This document shows positions 19,884-30,020 of a DNA stretch of 64,000 bases, one piece after another. This DNA comes from an uncultured Candidatus Saccharibacteria bacterium. Its GTDB lineage: Bacteria > Patescibacteriota > Minisyncoccia > Phycocordibacterales > PALSA-1337. Position 1 is the first letter of the stretch. Each line of letters starts with the position of its first letter. Both the position numbers and the translations under genes were made by a program. Under the pieces are notes generated by a model that did no database searches, was not told the DNA's origin, and saw only the letters and a program-made list of their open reading frames with translations. The stretch covers positions 7,484 to 71,483 of the forward strand of contig CAYOTK010000005.1 of NCBI GenBank assembly GCA_964406895.1, given 5' to 3'.

Positions 19884-21745
19884 TTGTTTTTCTCAATAAC
19901 TTTCACAAGAATAAATCCATCGATATCAAATATTTTTACATATTTTCCAGCTTTTATCTTGTCTTTAATATCGTTTATAATTATATCTTTACTGTAATTT
20001 GTGGCCAGAATGTATCCGATATTGTTAGTCTTCGAAACAACATCAAAATATTTTTCAAAATTATCTTTTGTTGTTGCGTGTTCTGGATTGAGTTCATATA
20101 GCCTGTCTTTGGTGTCTGGCAAGAAATGGAGTAGGGCAAAATTGCTATATATTTTTTTATCGTCGTTATTGTCTGCAAAATATGAACTTATATTAGTGCT
20201 TAATTCTTTGTTGGATATAGTCTTTTTTTCTATATTGTATTTATTGAGTATTTTGCTATTCAAAAAAGGTCCCGAAATAAAAATCAAAAGAGCTATTAGG
20301 AGAAATAGTGGCCACAATTTCATTCTATCGATAAATGTCGCAGTTTTTTCAGAATTGATTATTGCGTGTATTGCAAATGATAAAGATATGCCTAGTAGCA
20401 CTACTCCGAAAGTTAAATTCCTGGAATCATAGCTTAAGAAAAGACTCCAGTATAAAGTGATAATAATAGCTGGAAGGGCAAACAAAAGCCCTGACAACCT
20501 TTTTTTGAATAACAAATAGATCGTTGATATGAAATACAAGATGATGATAAGGTAAGATTTTTTTATTGTATATATGAGAGCGTTGAATATAATAACTGCA
20601 TTAGAATTACCGCCGGCATGAATCAGAGCGTTAATGGTGGGGAGAACAGATGTTTCTTCGCCAAGATATATGGTGAATTCTTTGTATATATAGTATGGTC
20701 CAACTAATATTAGAATAAGAGAAATATATATGAATGTATATTTTAGGATTTTAGTTTTTATTGATTCGGATCTATGCAGATATACTAATATTGCTAATGG
20801 ATATATAAGAGCAATAAATATTCCTGTTTGTTTGGTGAGCAGTGCTGCAATGACTGATAGTGCTCCAGCTAATATTGTGATTTTTTCTTGGTTTCCTGAA
20901 AGTTTTTCTGTAAATAGTCGATACAAGAAGATAAGAGGTACAAGAGAAAAGAAACTTACTGCCGTATCGGCATAACCTTCAGTTGCCATTATTTCATAGC
21001 CGTTCATCAGTCTCAGTAATATGAATATTGTAAAAACTGAGAGAATAAATGCTGAATTTCTCGTTTTTATTCCCATTGAAAAAAGCATTGTGGCCATGAA
21101 TAATGGAAAGAGTGGCATAATCGCTTTTGCCAAGAATTCGCCGCTTTGCCCTAGCAGAACATAGAAGACCGACCAATTCATCGGTAATAATTGAGGATAT
21201 TCCCACGTGTCTGTTGGTAAAGTGTTTGACGCCCATTGTGTGGCCCAACGATTCCAAGAAAATATTGCGTCCGATAGATTGAATAATGTTCCTACATTCG
21301 AAATTAATAAATACAATAAATACGTGATTGTAAGAATAGATAGTAATACTACTAACGATTGATACGTCCTGCTTTTTTCTTCAAATAAATAATTTTTTAT
21401 TTGGTTAAATTTGAATTTCAAACGCATCTGTAGATAATCAACTACAGAAAACATATTCATGTTGAATATTTTATATATCGTATTTTTTTCAATATAAAAC
21501 AGTAACAATAATTCAATTGAAATAATTATTAATAGAACGTTTTGCGTATATGTGTGAAATAGGGTAAGAGGAAAAATTATTAGACTGTTGAATATCATAC
21601 TGAAGATGAAAGAAAAAATTAATCTCTCATCCAATTTGTGCCCAATTATTTTTATTAAGAAATGTGATATGAGCCAACCAGGAAGCAATGTGACCTGAAC
21701 AAGACCAAGAATGGCAAATATAGAAAATAATAAATTGTGTTGCAT
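19880..21745 (-). CDS. Polytopic GT-C-type glycosyltransferase (PMT/ArnT-like, GT39/GT83-like)
   Basis: It is a 621-aa integral membrane protein with more than 10 TM helices and an extracytoplasmic C-terminal domain. It is start-overlapped with the Ppm-like gene. Assignment is by architecture, not by motif. Confidence 0.4.
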   Translation of the reverse strand: MQHNLLFSIFAILGLVQVTLLPGWLISHFLIKIIGHKLDERLIFSFIFSMIFNSLIIFPLTLFHTYTQNVLLIIISIELLLLFYIEKNTIYKIFNMNMFSVVDYLQMRLKFKFNQIKNYLFEEKSRTYQSLVVLLSILTITYLLYLLISNVGTLFNLSDAIFSWNRWATQWASNTLPTDTWEYPQLLPMNWSVFYVLLGQSGEFLAKAIMPLFPLFMATMLFSMGIKTRNSAFILSVFTIFILLRLMNGYEIMATEGYADTAVSFFSLVPLIFLYRLFTEKLSGNQEKITILAGALSVIAALLTKQTGIFIALIYPLAILVYLHRSESIKTKILKYTFIYISLILILVGPYYIYKEFTIYLGEETSVLPTINALIHAGGNSNAVIIFNALIYTIKKSYLIIILYFISTIYLLFKKRLSGLLFALPAIIITLYWSLFLSYDSRNLTFGVVLLGISLSFAIHAIINSEKTATFIDRMKLWPLFLLIALLIFISGPFLNSKILNKYNIEKKTISNKELSTNISSYFADNNDDKKIYSNFALLHFLPDTKDRLYELNPEHATTKDNFEKYFDVVSKTNNIGYILATNYSKDIIINDIKDKIKAGKYVKIFDIDGFILVKVIEKNK

Positions 21746-21752
21746 GTTTTTA

Positions 21753-22574
21753 CTAAACTATATCAGCAAAATATCTTTCTACTTTCTTGAATAGATATAT
21801 ACCAATAAGCATTAGTACAAAACATGAGACAAATGAAATGCCGATAAGATTCCAATTTATTGCTGTAGTGCCGAGCAGAGCAGCGCGTGCGCTTTGTATT
21901 GCTCCCGTCATCGGATTCAAGGCGAGAATCCAAGAATACTTGTGTGCAATGCTTGCTGGATATATAACTGGAGTGACGAAAAGTAGCATTTGAATGAAGA
22001 ATGGTAATACGTACCTGACGTCACGGTATTTGACGTTTATGGCAGAAAGTATCAATCCTAGACCAACAGATGCCATGAATGAAATAGCGATTACAAGAGG
22101 AATAACTAATAGACTCTCGATTTTCGGTGTGAAGCCATAATATATCATCATTACAACCAGTATTGATGCTGAGATAATAAAATCTACAAGCTTTGTGGTA
22201 ACTGAAGATAATGGCAATATGAGCCTAGGGAAATATACTTTTGTGATGATAGATTGGTTGGTGATAAGACAATTACTAATATCAACTAATGCCGTAGAGA
22301 AAAATTGCCAGAATAATAAGCCAGCATAAACAAATATAGGATATGGAACATTATCAGATGGTACATGTATTAGATTGCTGAAGAATATAGTGAACACAAA
22401 CATTGTTATGAAGGGTTGAAATATAGCCCACAAGACACCGATTAATGTTTGTTTGTATCGCACCTTAAGATCTCTCCAGGTGAAGAAATACAATAATTCT
22501 TTGAACTGCCATAATTCTTTCAGGTCTGAAAAATGAAATATCTTTTTGGGCCTGATAACTATTGTTTGATTTGA
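21753..22574 (-). CDS. ABC-2 type polysaccharide exporter permease (Wzm-like)
   Basis: It has ~6 TM helices and the ABC-2 pattern. The internal Met (MSNQTIVIRPKK) was chosen so it does not overlap the upstream methyltransferase. Confidence 0.6.
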   Translation of the reverse strand, partial: SNQTIVIRPKKIFHFSDLKELWQFKELLYFFTWRDLKVRYKQTLIGVLWAIFQPFITMFVFTIFFSNLIHVPSDNVPYPIFVYAGLLFWQFFSTALVDISNCLITNQSIITKVYFPRLILPLSSVTTKLVDFIISASILVVMMIYYGFTPKIESLLVIPLVIAISFMASVGLGLILSAINVKYRDVRYVLPFFIQMLLFVTPVIYPASIAHKYSWILALNPMTGAIQSARAALLGTTAINWNLIGISFVSCFVLMLIGIYLFKKVERYFADIV

Positions 22575-22587
22575 CATAAAATCTATA

Positions 22588-23229
22588 CTAACACGGTTTT
22601 GAACAGATAAAAACAAGGTCAAAAGAGAACATTCCTGGCATGAATTTGTCAAAATACGCGAATCTTCCGAGCGGCTCTATTGTCACTTCTTTGAAATATT
22701 TGTGAAGGACTTGTTTGAGCTCTTTGTGGCTGAAGTGGTTTATGTGTGTTGGGTCATGAAGGGGAGTTTTGTCTTTTTTTCCTAAGAATAATCTTATGCG
22801 ATTTATCAAGCTAAAAGCATTTGGTACAGATCCTATAAGCATTCCTTCTTTATTAAGTACAGATTTTATTTTTTGAATGACTTTTTCAGGATAATATATG
22901 TGTTCTAGTGTCTCAGCAATTACTACGACATCATACTTATTTTGAGAAATCTGCTCCCACTCGCCATTTATATCGAAGTGTAAAGGTTTTATACCTCTCT
23001 TGCTTGCTTTATCAAGTGCGATGGTATCTATGTCGGCACCAGTTACATCGTTATTTTTTACGAAGAATGATGTGAGAGCGCCGTCTCTACATCCAAGATC
23101 AAGTATTTTTTTACCAGTTCCAATATTCTTGGCAAATAATCTACCTCTGTCTTCCTTCAATATGCTGAAACCTTCTCCTCTACAATTGTTATTATGAAAT
23201 TCGTATATGTTTTGTCCTGATTTATTCAT
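22588..23229 (-). CDS. Class I SAM-dependent methyltransferase
   Basis: ILDLGCRDGALTSFF is motif I and VVVIAETLEHIYYP follows it. Confidence 0.5.
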   Translation of the reverse strand: MNKSGQNIYEFHNNNCRGEGFSILKEDRGRLFAKNIGTGKKILDLGCRDGALTSFFVKNNDVTGADIDTIALDKASKRGIKPLHFDINGEWEQISQNKYDVVVIAETLEHIYYPEKVIQKIKSVLNKEGMLIGSVPNAFSLINRIRLFLGKKDKTPLHDPTHINHFSHKELKQVLHKYFKEVTIEPLGRFAYFDKFMPGMFSFDLVFICSKPC

Positions 23230-23333
23230 GCCACAATATTATCATATAATTAACTTTGAGTTTATGTTTGTGTATACCCCCTTGGATTTTGTATATACAT
23301 AATATATACTGAAAAATCATAATTAATAAAAAC

Positions 23334-25568
23334 ATGAATTTAAAAACAATAGTTCGTAGTATTTCAATAAGTGCAATATTCCTCATCCCATTCTTCGCAA
23401 TCTTGGCTCCAAGTGGGGCAGCTCACCCAATATTTCCGTCGAACCTTATAAACGACTTATTCTTTCCATTTATCACAGGGAAAGCCTTTTATTTCAGGAT
23501 TTTGACTGAAATTGCTTTTGCTGGATGGATTATTTTGGCCTTTTTGGATCCAAAATACAGACCTAAATGCACACCTGTATCCATAACCATTACTATTTTT
23601 GCCTTTGTTGTTTTGTTATCAGACCTATTGGGCGTCAATCCTATAAGAAGCATGTGGTCAAACTTCGAACGTATGGAAGGTTGGGTTACCATCATACACC
23701 TATGGGCTTTGTTTATGGCAATGGTCAACGTATTTGGCACAGGAGAATCTGGTCGAAGGATGTGGCAACGATATATGAATACACATCTAGTTGTCGCTGG
23801 TATCGTAGCTATTTACGCTTTTGTACAGCTTTTGGGTGGCGCTCAAATTCACCAAGGTTCTCGTATCGACGCTTCTCTCGGAAACGCGGCTTACCTAGCT
23901 GTCTACATGCTTTTCCAGACTTTCATTTCAGCTTATATGTTCTTTGTAGCAAAAAACAAGAAAATATCAGGATCAGAAATACTGGTTTGGGTTTACGGCA
24001 TATCGTTCTTTGTGTTTGGTTATTTGCTTGTTGAAACAGCAACAAGAGGTACTATACTTGGTCTTATTGGTGGAGTTTTGCTCGCCCTCGCCCTTTATGC
24101 AATATTCGGTGGGAAGAAGAAAGAAGACAAAAAGTGGCGTTGGATTTCATTAGGAATTATTGTGTTTATCATGGTTGTAGGCATTTTATTCTGGGTCAAT
24201 AGAGATGCAAAATTCATACAGAATCACGAAGCACTTCGTCGTATGGCATCGATATCAATTTCCGAGAATAAAACTCAAGCTCGTGCATATATCTGGCCAG
24301 CAGCTGTGAAGGGGGCAATGGAAAGACCGCTATTTGGTTGGGGCCAAGATAATTTCAATTATATTTTCAACTCCAACTACAACCCAAAGATGTGGGCTCA
24401 AGAGCAATGGTTCGATAGGGCGCACAGCGTATTTCTCGATTGGTTGGTTTCTTCGGGTCTAGTTGGCATAATCGTATATTTGGCATTGTATGTAATGGCC
24501 ATTATTGTTATTTGGAAATCGACGTTTTCTGTTGCAGAAAAAAGCACTCTCACGGGTTTGATTGTGGGCTATGCAATACACAATATATTCGTGTTCGACA
24601 ACCTCGCTAGTTACATTTTATTCTTTAGTTTCCTCGGCTTTGTTTCTTCGAATTATCAGAATGGCAAAGATACGAATACAAAAGGTCTACGAGAATTCAA
24701 AAATGAAACCGTTGAATATGTTGTGGCTCCGCTTGTTCTCGTGCTTCTTATAGTCACTATATATATGGTCAATGTGAGAGTTATTCAGGCCAACACTACT
24801 CTTATCAAGGCTCTTGTTACATGTCAGTCGGGTAAAACAGATTCTACTCCGGTCTTCGAGAAGGCATTGAGTTATGATATGTATGTAGCAAATCAAGAAA
24901 TACGTGAACAACTCATAACATGTGCACAAAATACCATACTTTCGAATGCTACTTCTGGTCCTATGAAACAGTCTATATTCTTGCTTACTGATGCTCAGAT
25001 TCAGAAACAAATCGAAGCTACTCCGAAAGATGCGAGAATATACAACTTGGCAGGTAATCTTATGAATTCAATCCAGAATGGCGAAAAGGCTCTAGAATAT
25101 CTGAAAATTGCAAATGAACTATTCCCGAATAAGCCTGCTATTTTGATCAGTTTGGCGGAGGCTTATTTGAGGACCAATAACAAAGATAAGGCAATCGAAA
25201 CTATCAAGGCCGCTTATGAACTGTCGACGGACAATTACAATGCGAGAGATGCTTATGCGCGTGCTCTGGTAATTATGGGTAGAGAAAAGGAAGCAATAGA
25301 TAGATTCAAGGCCAATCCAGAAATATTCGATACACAAGGCTTTGCTCAGTTGTATGTTTCGCTTAAACAATACGACAAAGCAATTGATATTGCGAAGAAA
25401 CTCATAAATAGCGATCCTAAGAAAATAGAATACAAGGTCATGCTTGCCGATATACAAAATGCCGCTGGGTATAAATGGGAAGCTGTGCAGACACTAAAAG
25501 GCATAGCTAATGATTTCCCTGAATACAAGACTCAAGTAGATCAAGCGATCAAACAGATTCAGAAATAG
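23334..25568 (+). CDS. Wzy_C (O-antigen ligase-like) polytopic membrane protein with C-terminal TPR repeats, putative O-oligosaccharyltransferase/ligase
   Basis: It has ~12 TM helices and the Wzy_C-like loop …GWGQDNFNYIF…AHSVFLDWLVSSGLVG. The C-terminal 250 aa carry TPR-like repeats (…EALKYLKIANELFPNKPAILISLAEAYLRTNNKDKAIE…). Confidence 0.55.
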   Translation: MNLKTIVRSISISAIFLIPFFAILAPSGAAHPIFPSNLINDLFFPFITGKAFYFRILTEIAFAGWIILAFLDPKYRPKCTPVSITITIFAFVVLLSDLLGVNPIRSMWSNFERMEGWVTIIHLWALFMAMVNVFGTGESGRRMWQRYMNTHLVVAGIVAIYAFVQLLGGAQIHQGSRIDASLGNAAYLAVYMLFQTFISAYMFFVAKNKKISGSEILVWVYGISFFVFGYLLVETATRGTILGLIGGVLLALALYAIFGGKKKEDKKWRWISLGIIVFIMVVGILFWVNRDAKFIQNHEALRRMASISISENKTQARAYIWPAAVKGAMERPLFGWGQDNFNYIFNSNYNPKMWAQEQWFDRAHSVFLDWLVSSGLVGIIVYLALYVMAIIVIWKSTFSVAEKSTLTGLIVGYAIHNIFVFDNLASYILFFSFLGFVSSNYQNGKDTNTKGLREFKNETVEYVVAPLVLVLLIVTIYMVNVRVIQANTTLIKALVTCQSGKTDSTPVFEKALSYDMYVANQEIREQLITCAQNTILSNATSGPMKQSIFLLTDAQIQKQIEATPKDARIYNLAGNLMNSIQNGEKALEYLKIANELFPNKPAILISLAEAYLRTNNKDKAIETIKAAYELSTDNYNARDAYARALVIMGREKEAIDRFKANPEIFDTQGFAQLYVSLKQYDKAIDIAKKLINSDPKKIEYKVMLADIQNAAGYKWEAVQTLKGIANDFPEYKTQVDQAIKQIQK

Positions 25569-25810
25569 TTTTGAAAGAATTCTTGTGCCAAATGATGGTG
25601 AGCGGGTGTGAGCTCCAAATAAAATGTCTAGTTTTATGAGTACAGCCGCCCACCGTCATTTGGAGCAATCCAAGATTTATTATAACACACATTATATAAC
25701 GCAAAAGGCCGCCGAGGGCGGTCCTTTGCGAGACATTATATTGGAGAGTGCCCACTTGGGTACTCATGGCGCAACTATAGCATATAAGGCTATAATATGC
25801 AAGTATAAGT

Positions 25811-26836
25811 GTGCATAAAATGCAAATACAAGAAAATGTAAATTTGGCTCAATATACAACTTTCAAAATCGGCGGACCGGCCAAGTTTTTTTGTGCTGTT
25901 AAAAATAAAAAAGATATTATCGATGCAGTTGATTTTGCCAAGAATAAAAATTTGAAAATAATGCCTTTGGGTGGAGGTTCCAATATATTGGTTTCTGACA
26001 ATGGTTTTGATGGTTTGATTGTTAAGAATGAAATTATGGGTATTGATATAAAAGAAGAAAAGGATATTGTCATAATTTCTGCCGGAGCTGGAGAGCTTTG
26101 GGATGATCTCGTTTTGTTTGCTGTCAAAAGGAATTTGAGTGGTTTGGAAAATCTTTCTGCTATTCCCGGAACAGTTGGGGCAGCGCCCGTACAAAACATT
26201 GGTGCATATGGTGCTGAGGTTGGTCAAACAGTTCACAAGGTTTTCGCTTATGATTGTGATAAAAGTGAATTTGTAGAACTAAACAATCGACAGTGCAACT
26301 TCGGTTATAGAAACAGTGTTTTTAAATACAATAAACATCGATATATTATCGTTATGGTTCAATTTACGTTGAAATGTAATGCTAAAACCAATATTTCTTA
26401 CAAAGATTTAAAACACTATTTCGTCGATAGGACTGATTCACCAAGTTGTATGGAGGTTCGTAATGCTGTTATTCATATTCGTGAGAATAAATTGCCAGAT
26501 TGGAAGAAGTGGGGTACTGCGGGTTCATTTTTCAAAAACCCAATTATAAGTAAAGAAAAATTCCAAGAACTCAAAAAACAATATCCAGATTTACCAGGTT
26601 TCGAAGAGTCTAGTGGATATGTGAAAGTTTCGCTTGGTTGGATATTAGATAAGATTTGTAATGCAAAGGGCTTGAAATATGAGAGAGCTAGCACTTATGA
26701 CAAGCAGGCACTTGTTATTGTCTCAGAAATGGGTGCAAAAGCCGATGAGGTTGTGGGTCTTTCTTTGAAGCTAATAAATCAAGTCAAAGAAAAGACAGGA
26801 ATTATAATTGAATCAGAGGTTGAGTGGGTGGCTTAA
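25811..26836 (+). CDS. murB: UDP-N-acetylenolpyruvoylglucosamine reductase
   Basis: It has the FAD-binding N-terminus LAQYTTFKIGGPAKFF, the PLGGGSNIL motif and the MurB C-terminal domain. Confidence 0.75.
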   Translation: MHKMQIQENVNLAQYTTFKIGGPAKFFCAVKNKKDIIDAVDFAKNKNLKIMPLGGGSNILVSDNGFDGLIVKNEIMGIDIKEEKDIVIISAGAGELWDDLVLFAVKRNLSGLENLSAIPGTVGAAPVQNIGAYGAEVGQTVHKVFAYDCDKSEFVELNNRQCNFGYRNSVFKYNKHRYIIVMVQFTLKCNAKTNISYKDLKHYFVDRTDSPSCMEVRNAVIHIRENKLPDWKKWGTAGSFFKNPIISKEKFQELKKQYPDLPGFEESSGYVKVSLGWILDKICNAKGLKYERASTYDKQALVIVSEMGAKADEVVGLSLKLINQVKEKTGIIIESEVEWVA

Positions 26837-26869
26837 ATTATCTCTATAATATGCTATAGTAGGTCTTAT

Positions 26870-29506
26870 ATGTCATTTTGGGACAAAATAAGAGGCGTTT
26901 CGCCAACGAAAAATATCAAACAATTCGAGCCAAATGTTCAATTGGTCAATTCTTTCGAAGTATCAATCAAAAAACTTTCAGATGAAGAGCTGAAGAACAA
27001 AACTCTTGAATTTCGAAAAAAGCTTGGATTTCAAGATAAACAAGAATTCAGTGTAGATTTGACTGTTGAGGAAAAAATAAAGCAACACGAAAAAGAACAG
27101 AAGATTCTGAAGGAGATTTTACCGGAAGCTTTTGCGGTCGTTAGAGAAGCGGCAAGAAGGACATTGGGACAAAGGCATTTCGATGTGCAATTGATCGGAG
27201 GCATGATACTGAATTCAGGCGCTATTGCTGAAATGAGAACAGGAGAAGGTAAGACTCTCGTCGCAACTTTGCCTGCTTATCTCAACGCTCTATCTGGAAA
27301 AGGCGTTCACGTTGTAACCGTAAATGATTATCTTTCTCGTCGTGATGCGGTTTGGATGGGTCAAATATATAATGCTCTAGGTTTGTCTGTTTCCGTCATA
27401 AATCATGAATCAAGTTTCTTGTATGATCCAACTCACAAAGAGTCCAAAGATACAAATACTGATGACAAATTAGACAAAGAACGAGATGAAACGGGCGCCT
27501 TCAAGGTTGTCCATGAATTCCTACGACCATGCACTAGAACAGAAGCTTATGCGGCAGATATTACTTATGGTACAAACAACGAATTTGGTTTCGATTATTT
27601 GCGAGATAATCTCGAATACAGCAGGGATCGTTTGAGACAAAGACCATTCAATTTTGCCATAGTAGACGAAATAGACTCAATACTTATTGATGAAGCCAGG
27701 ACACCACTTATTATTTCTGCACCAACTAGAGATGCAGAAAACATATATAGACAATTCGCCAGCCTTGTATCTAGTTTTGTCGAAAACGAAGATTATACAG
27801 TCGAGGAAAAACACAAAGCAATACAACTCACAGAATCCGGTATTAATAAAGCAGAAAAATATCTCGGTGTAGATAATATTTATACCGATAAAGGAGTAAA
27901 ATATGTCCATCATCTCGAAACAGCAGTAAGAGCGAAAGCCATATTCCATAAAGATAAAGAATATGTTGTTAGAGATGGAGAAGTTATGATCGTTGATGAA
28001 TTCACTGGTAGATTGCAACCCGGTAGACGTTGGTCAGAAGGTTTGCACCAAGCAATAGAAGCCAAAGAAGGTGTCAAAATTCAACAAGAATCACGAACAT
28101 ATGCATCTATCACCTTTCAGAATTTCTTCAGGATGTATCCGAAATTATCCGGTATGACGGGTACAGCAGCTACATCATCTGAGGAGTTTTTCAAGGTTTA
28201 TGGTTTGGAAGTTTATACGGTACCAACGAATGTTAAAGCAGTAAGAATTGACCAGAATGATCAAATATTCAGAACAGAAATAGGTAAATTCAAAGCCATA
28301 TCAAGGAAAGTAAAAGAAGTCCATGCAAAAGGTCAGCCAGTTCTTATCGGTACAGTTTCTATAGAGAAGAACCAATTACTATCAGAATTCTTGCGCGCAG
28401 AAGGAGTACCACATACACTTTTGAATGCAAAGCCAGAATTTGCCGAAAAAGAAGGCGAGATAGTAGCTCAGGCGGGCAAGAAGGGTGCGGTCACTATAGC
28501 TACAAACATGGCAGGAAGAGGTGTTGATATCAAACTCGGTGGTAATCCAAACACAAAAGATAGTTATGATGAGATCAAGAGTCTCGGTGGTTTATTTGTT
28601 TTGGGAACAGAAAGACACGAAGCAAGACGAATAGACAACCAGTTAAGAGGTCGTTCGGGTCGTCAGGGTGATCCTGGAGAAACACAGTTTTTTGTTTCTT
28701 TGGAAGATTCACTTATGAGAGTTTTTGCTTCCGATACCATAAAATCTATGATGGGTCGTCTCAATTTGCCAGAAGATCAAGCAATTGAACATAAAATCAT
28801 TTCCAAAGCTTTAGAAACAGCCCAAGAAAAAATAGAGGGTTTCAATTTCGATTCTCGTAAACATATTCTAGAATTTGACGACGTTATAAATAATCAGCGT
28901 CGATCAGTATACGATAGGAGAAGGAAACTGCTTCTTGGCTCGATTGATGATATAGAAAATGAGCTTTTCGATATGCTAGGACTCGGTAATTTACAATTGT
29001 CAGAAAAAGTTATTGTATCTGAAGATGCGGGAAACGATAATGTACAAGATATTCTCGCGAAGAAAATGAAAGAATTTGGTCGTGAATCATTCATGTCAGC
29101 CATGAGAATAGTTCTTCTACAGACTATTGATATGTACTGGGTAGAACATTTGGAAGTTATGGATTATACACGCTCAAGCGTCAATTTGAGAGCTTATGGT
29201 CAGAGAGATCCTTTGGTTGAATATAAGAAAGAAGGTTTGAGATTATTCAAGGAAATGAATGCTGCTATAAGAGGTCAGATCGAGAGATTGTTGCCAAATG
29301 TTGTGCCTACGGTAGATGGTATTCCTGTTGATCAAACCAAAAATAATGATACAAGTGAGCTCCAAGAAATTCATGAAAATGCAGTTACTATTGGTAAGGG
29401 TAGTGACAATAATTCAGGTACAATAAAAAAAGAAGAAACTGTCGGCAGGAATGATCCTTGTCCTTGTGGTAGTGGTAAAAAGTACAAGAAATGCCACGGG
29501 AAGTAA
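26870..29506 (+). CDS. secA: Preprotein translocase ATPase SecA
   Basis: LIGGMILNSGAIAEMRTGEGKTLVATLPAYLNALSGKGVHVVTVNDYLSRRDA is the DEAD-motor Walker A region. The C-terminal zinc finger is CPCGSGKKYKKCHG. Confidence 0.9.
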   Translation: MSFWDKIRGVSPTKNIKQFEPNVQLVNSFEVSIKKLSDEELKNKTLEFRKKLGFQDKQEFSVDLTVEEKIKQHEKEQKILKEILPEAFAVVREAARRTLGQRHFDVQLIGGMILNSGAIAEMRTGEGKTLVATLPAYLNALSGKGVHVVTVNDYLSRRDAVWMGQIYNALGLSVSVINHESSFLYDPTHKESKDTNTDDKLDKERDETGAFKVVHEFLRPCTRTEAYAADITYGTNNEFGFDYLRDNLEYSRDRLRQRPFNFAIVDEIDSILIDEARTPLIISAPTRDAENIYRQFASLVSSFVENEDYTVEEKHKAIQLTESGINKAEKYLGVDNIYTDKGVKYVHHLETAVRAKAIFHKDKEYVVRDGEVMIVDEFTGRLQPGRRWSEGLHQAIEAKEGVKIQQESRTYASITFQNFFRMYPKLSGMTGTAATSSEEFFKVYGLEVYTVPTNVKAVRIDQNDQIFRTEIGKFKAISRKVKEVHAKGQPVLIGTVSIEKNQLLSEFLRAEGVPHTLLNAKPEFAEKEGEIVAQAGKKGAVTIATNMAGRGVDIKLGGNPNTKDSYDEIKSLGGLFVLGTERHEARRIDNQLRGRSGRQGDPGETQFFVSLEDSLMRVFASDTIKSMMGRLNLPEDQAIEHKIISKALETAQEKIEGFNFDSRKHILEFDDVINNQRRSVYDRRRKLLLGSIDDIENELFDMLGLGNLQLSEKVIVSEDAGNDNVQDILAKKMKEFGRESFMSAMRIVLLQTIDMYWVEHLEVMDYTRSSVNLRAYGQRDPLVEYKKEGLRLFKEMNAAIRGQIERLLPNVVPTVDGIPVDQTKNNDTSELQEIHENAVTIGKGSDNNSGTIKKEETVGRNDPCPCGSGKKYKKCHGK

Positions 29507-29509
29507 TTT

Positions 29510-29998
29510 ATGAAAAAGTTTATATTTAAACCGAAACCAGGGCAGACTGATTTTACAAATGTGCGCTGGGCACCTGTTATCAATTGTGTTTTAAAATACA
29601 AAGATAGGATTCTAGTAGTACAAAGAAGTGAAAAACTCAATTTTTATCCAGGTTATTGGAATGGAATATCGGGGTTTTTAGATGATCAAAGAGATTTGAT
29701 AGAGAAGGTTTCAGATGAATTGAATGAAGAGTTGGGAATACCGAAAACCAAGATCAAAAAAATTAGATTAGGAGAAATTTTCGATCAGAATGAACCAAAA
29801 TACAAGAAAACATGGATTGTCCATCCTGTATTAGTAAATGTTTCAACCGATAAAGTCACAATAGATTGGGAAGCAAAGAACTATAGATGGCTTACATTAA
29901 GAGAAATTCGAAAATTGAAACTTCTTCCTGGTTTCGATAAGGTAATAAAACACCTGTCATCAATGATGAATAATAAAGGTAAACGTGATTGCAAATAG
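29510..29998 (+). CDS. NUDIX hydrolase
   Basis: The Nudix box-like segment is GISGFLDDQRDLIEKVSDELNEELGI (GX5EX7REUXEEXGU pattern). Confidence 0.55.
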   Translation: MKKFIFKPKPGQTDFTNVRWAPVINCVLKYKDRILVVQRSEKLNFYPGYWNGISGFLDDQRDLIEKVSDELNEELGIPKTKIKKIRLGEIFDQNEPKYKKTWIVHPVLVNVSTDKVTIDWEAKNYRWLTLREIRKLKLLPGFDKVIKHLSSMMNNKGKRDCK

Positions 29999-30020
29999 AA
30001 AAGTGTGTTAAAATAATTAC

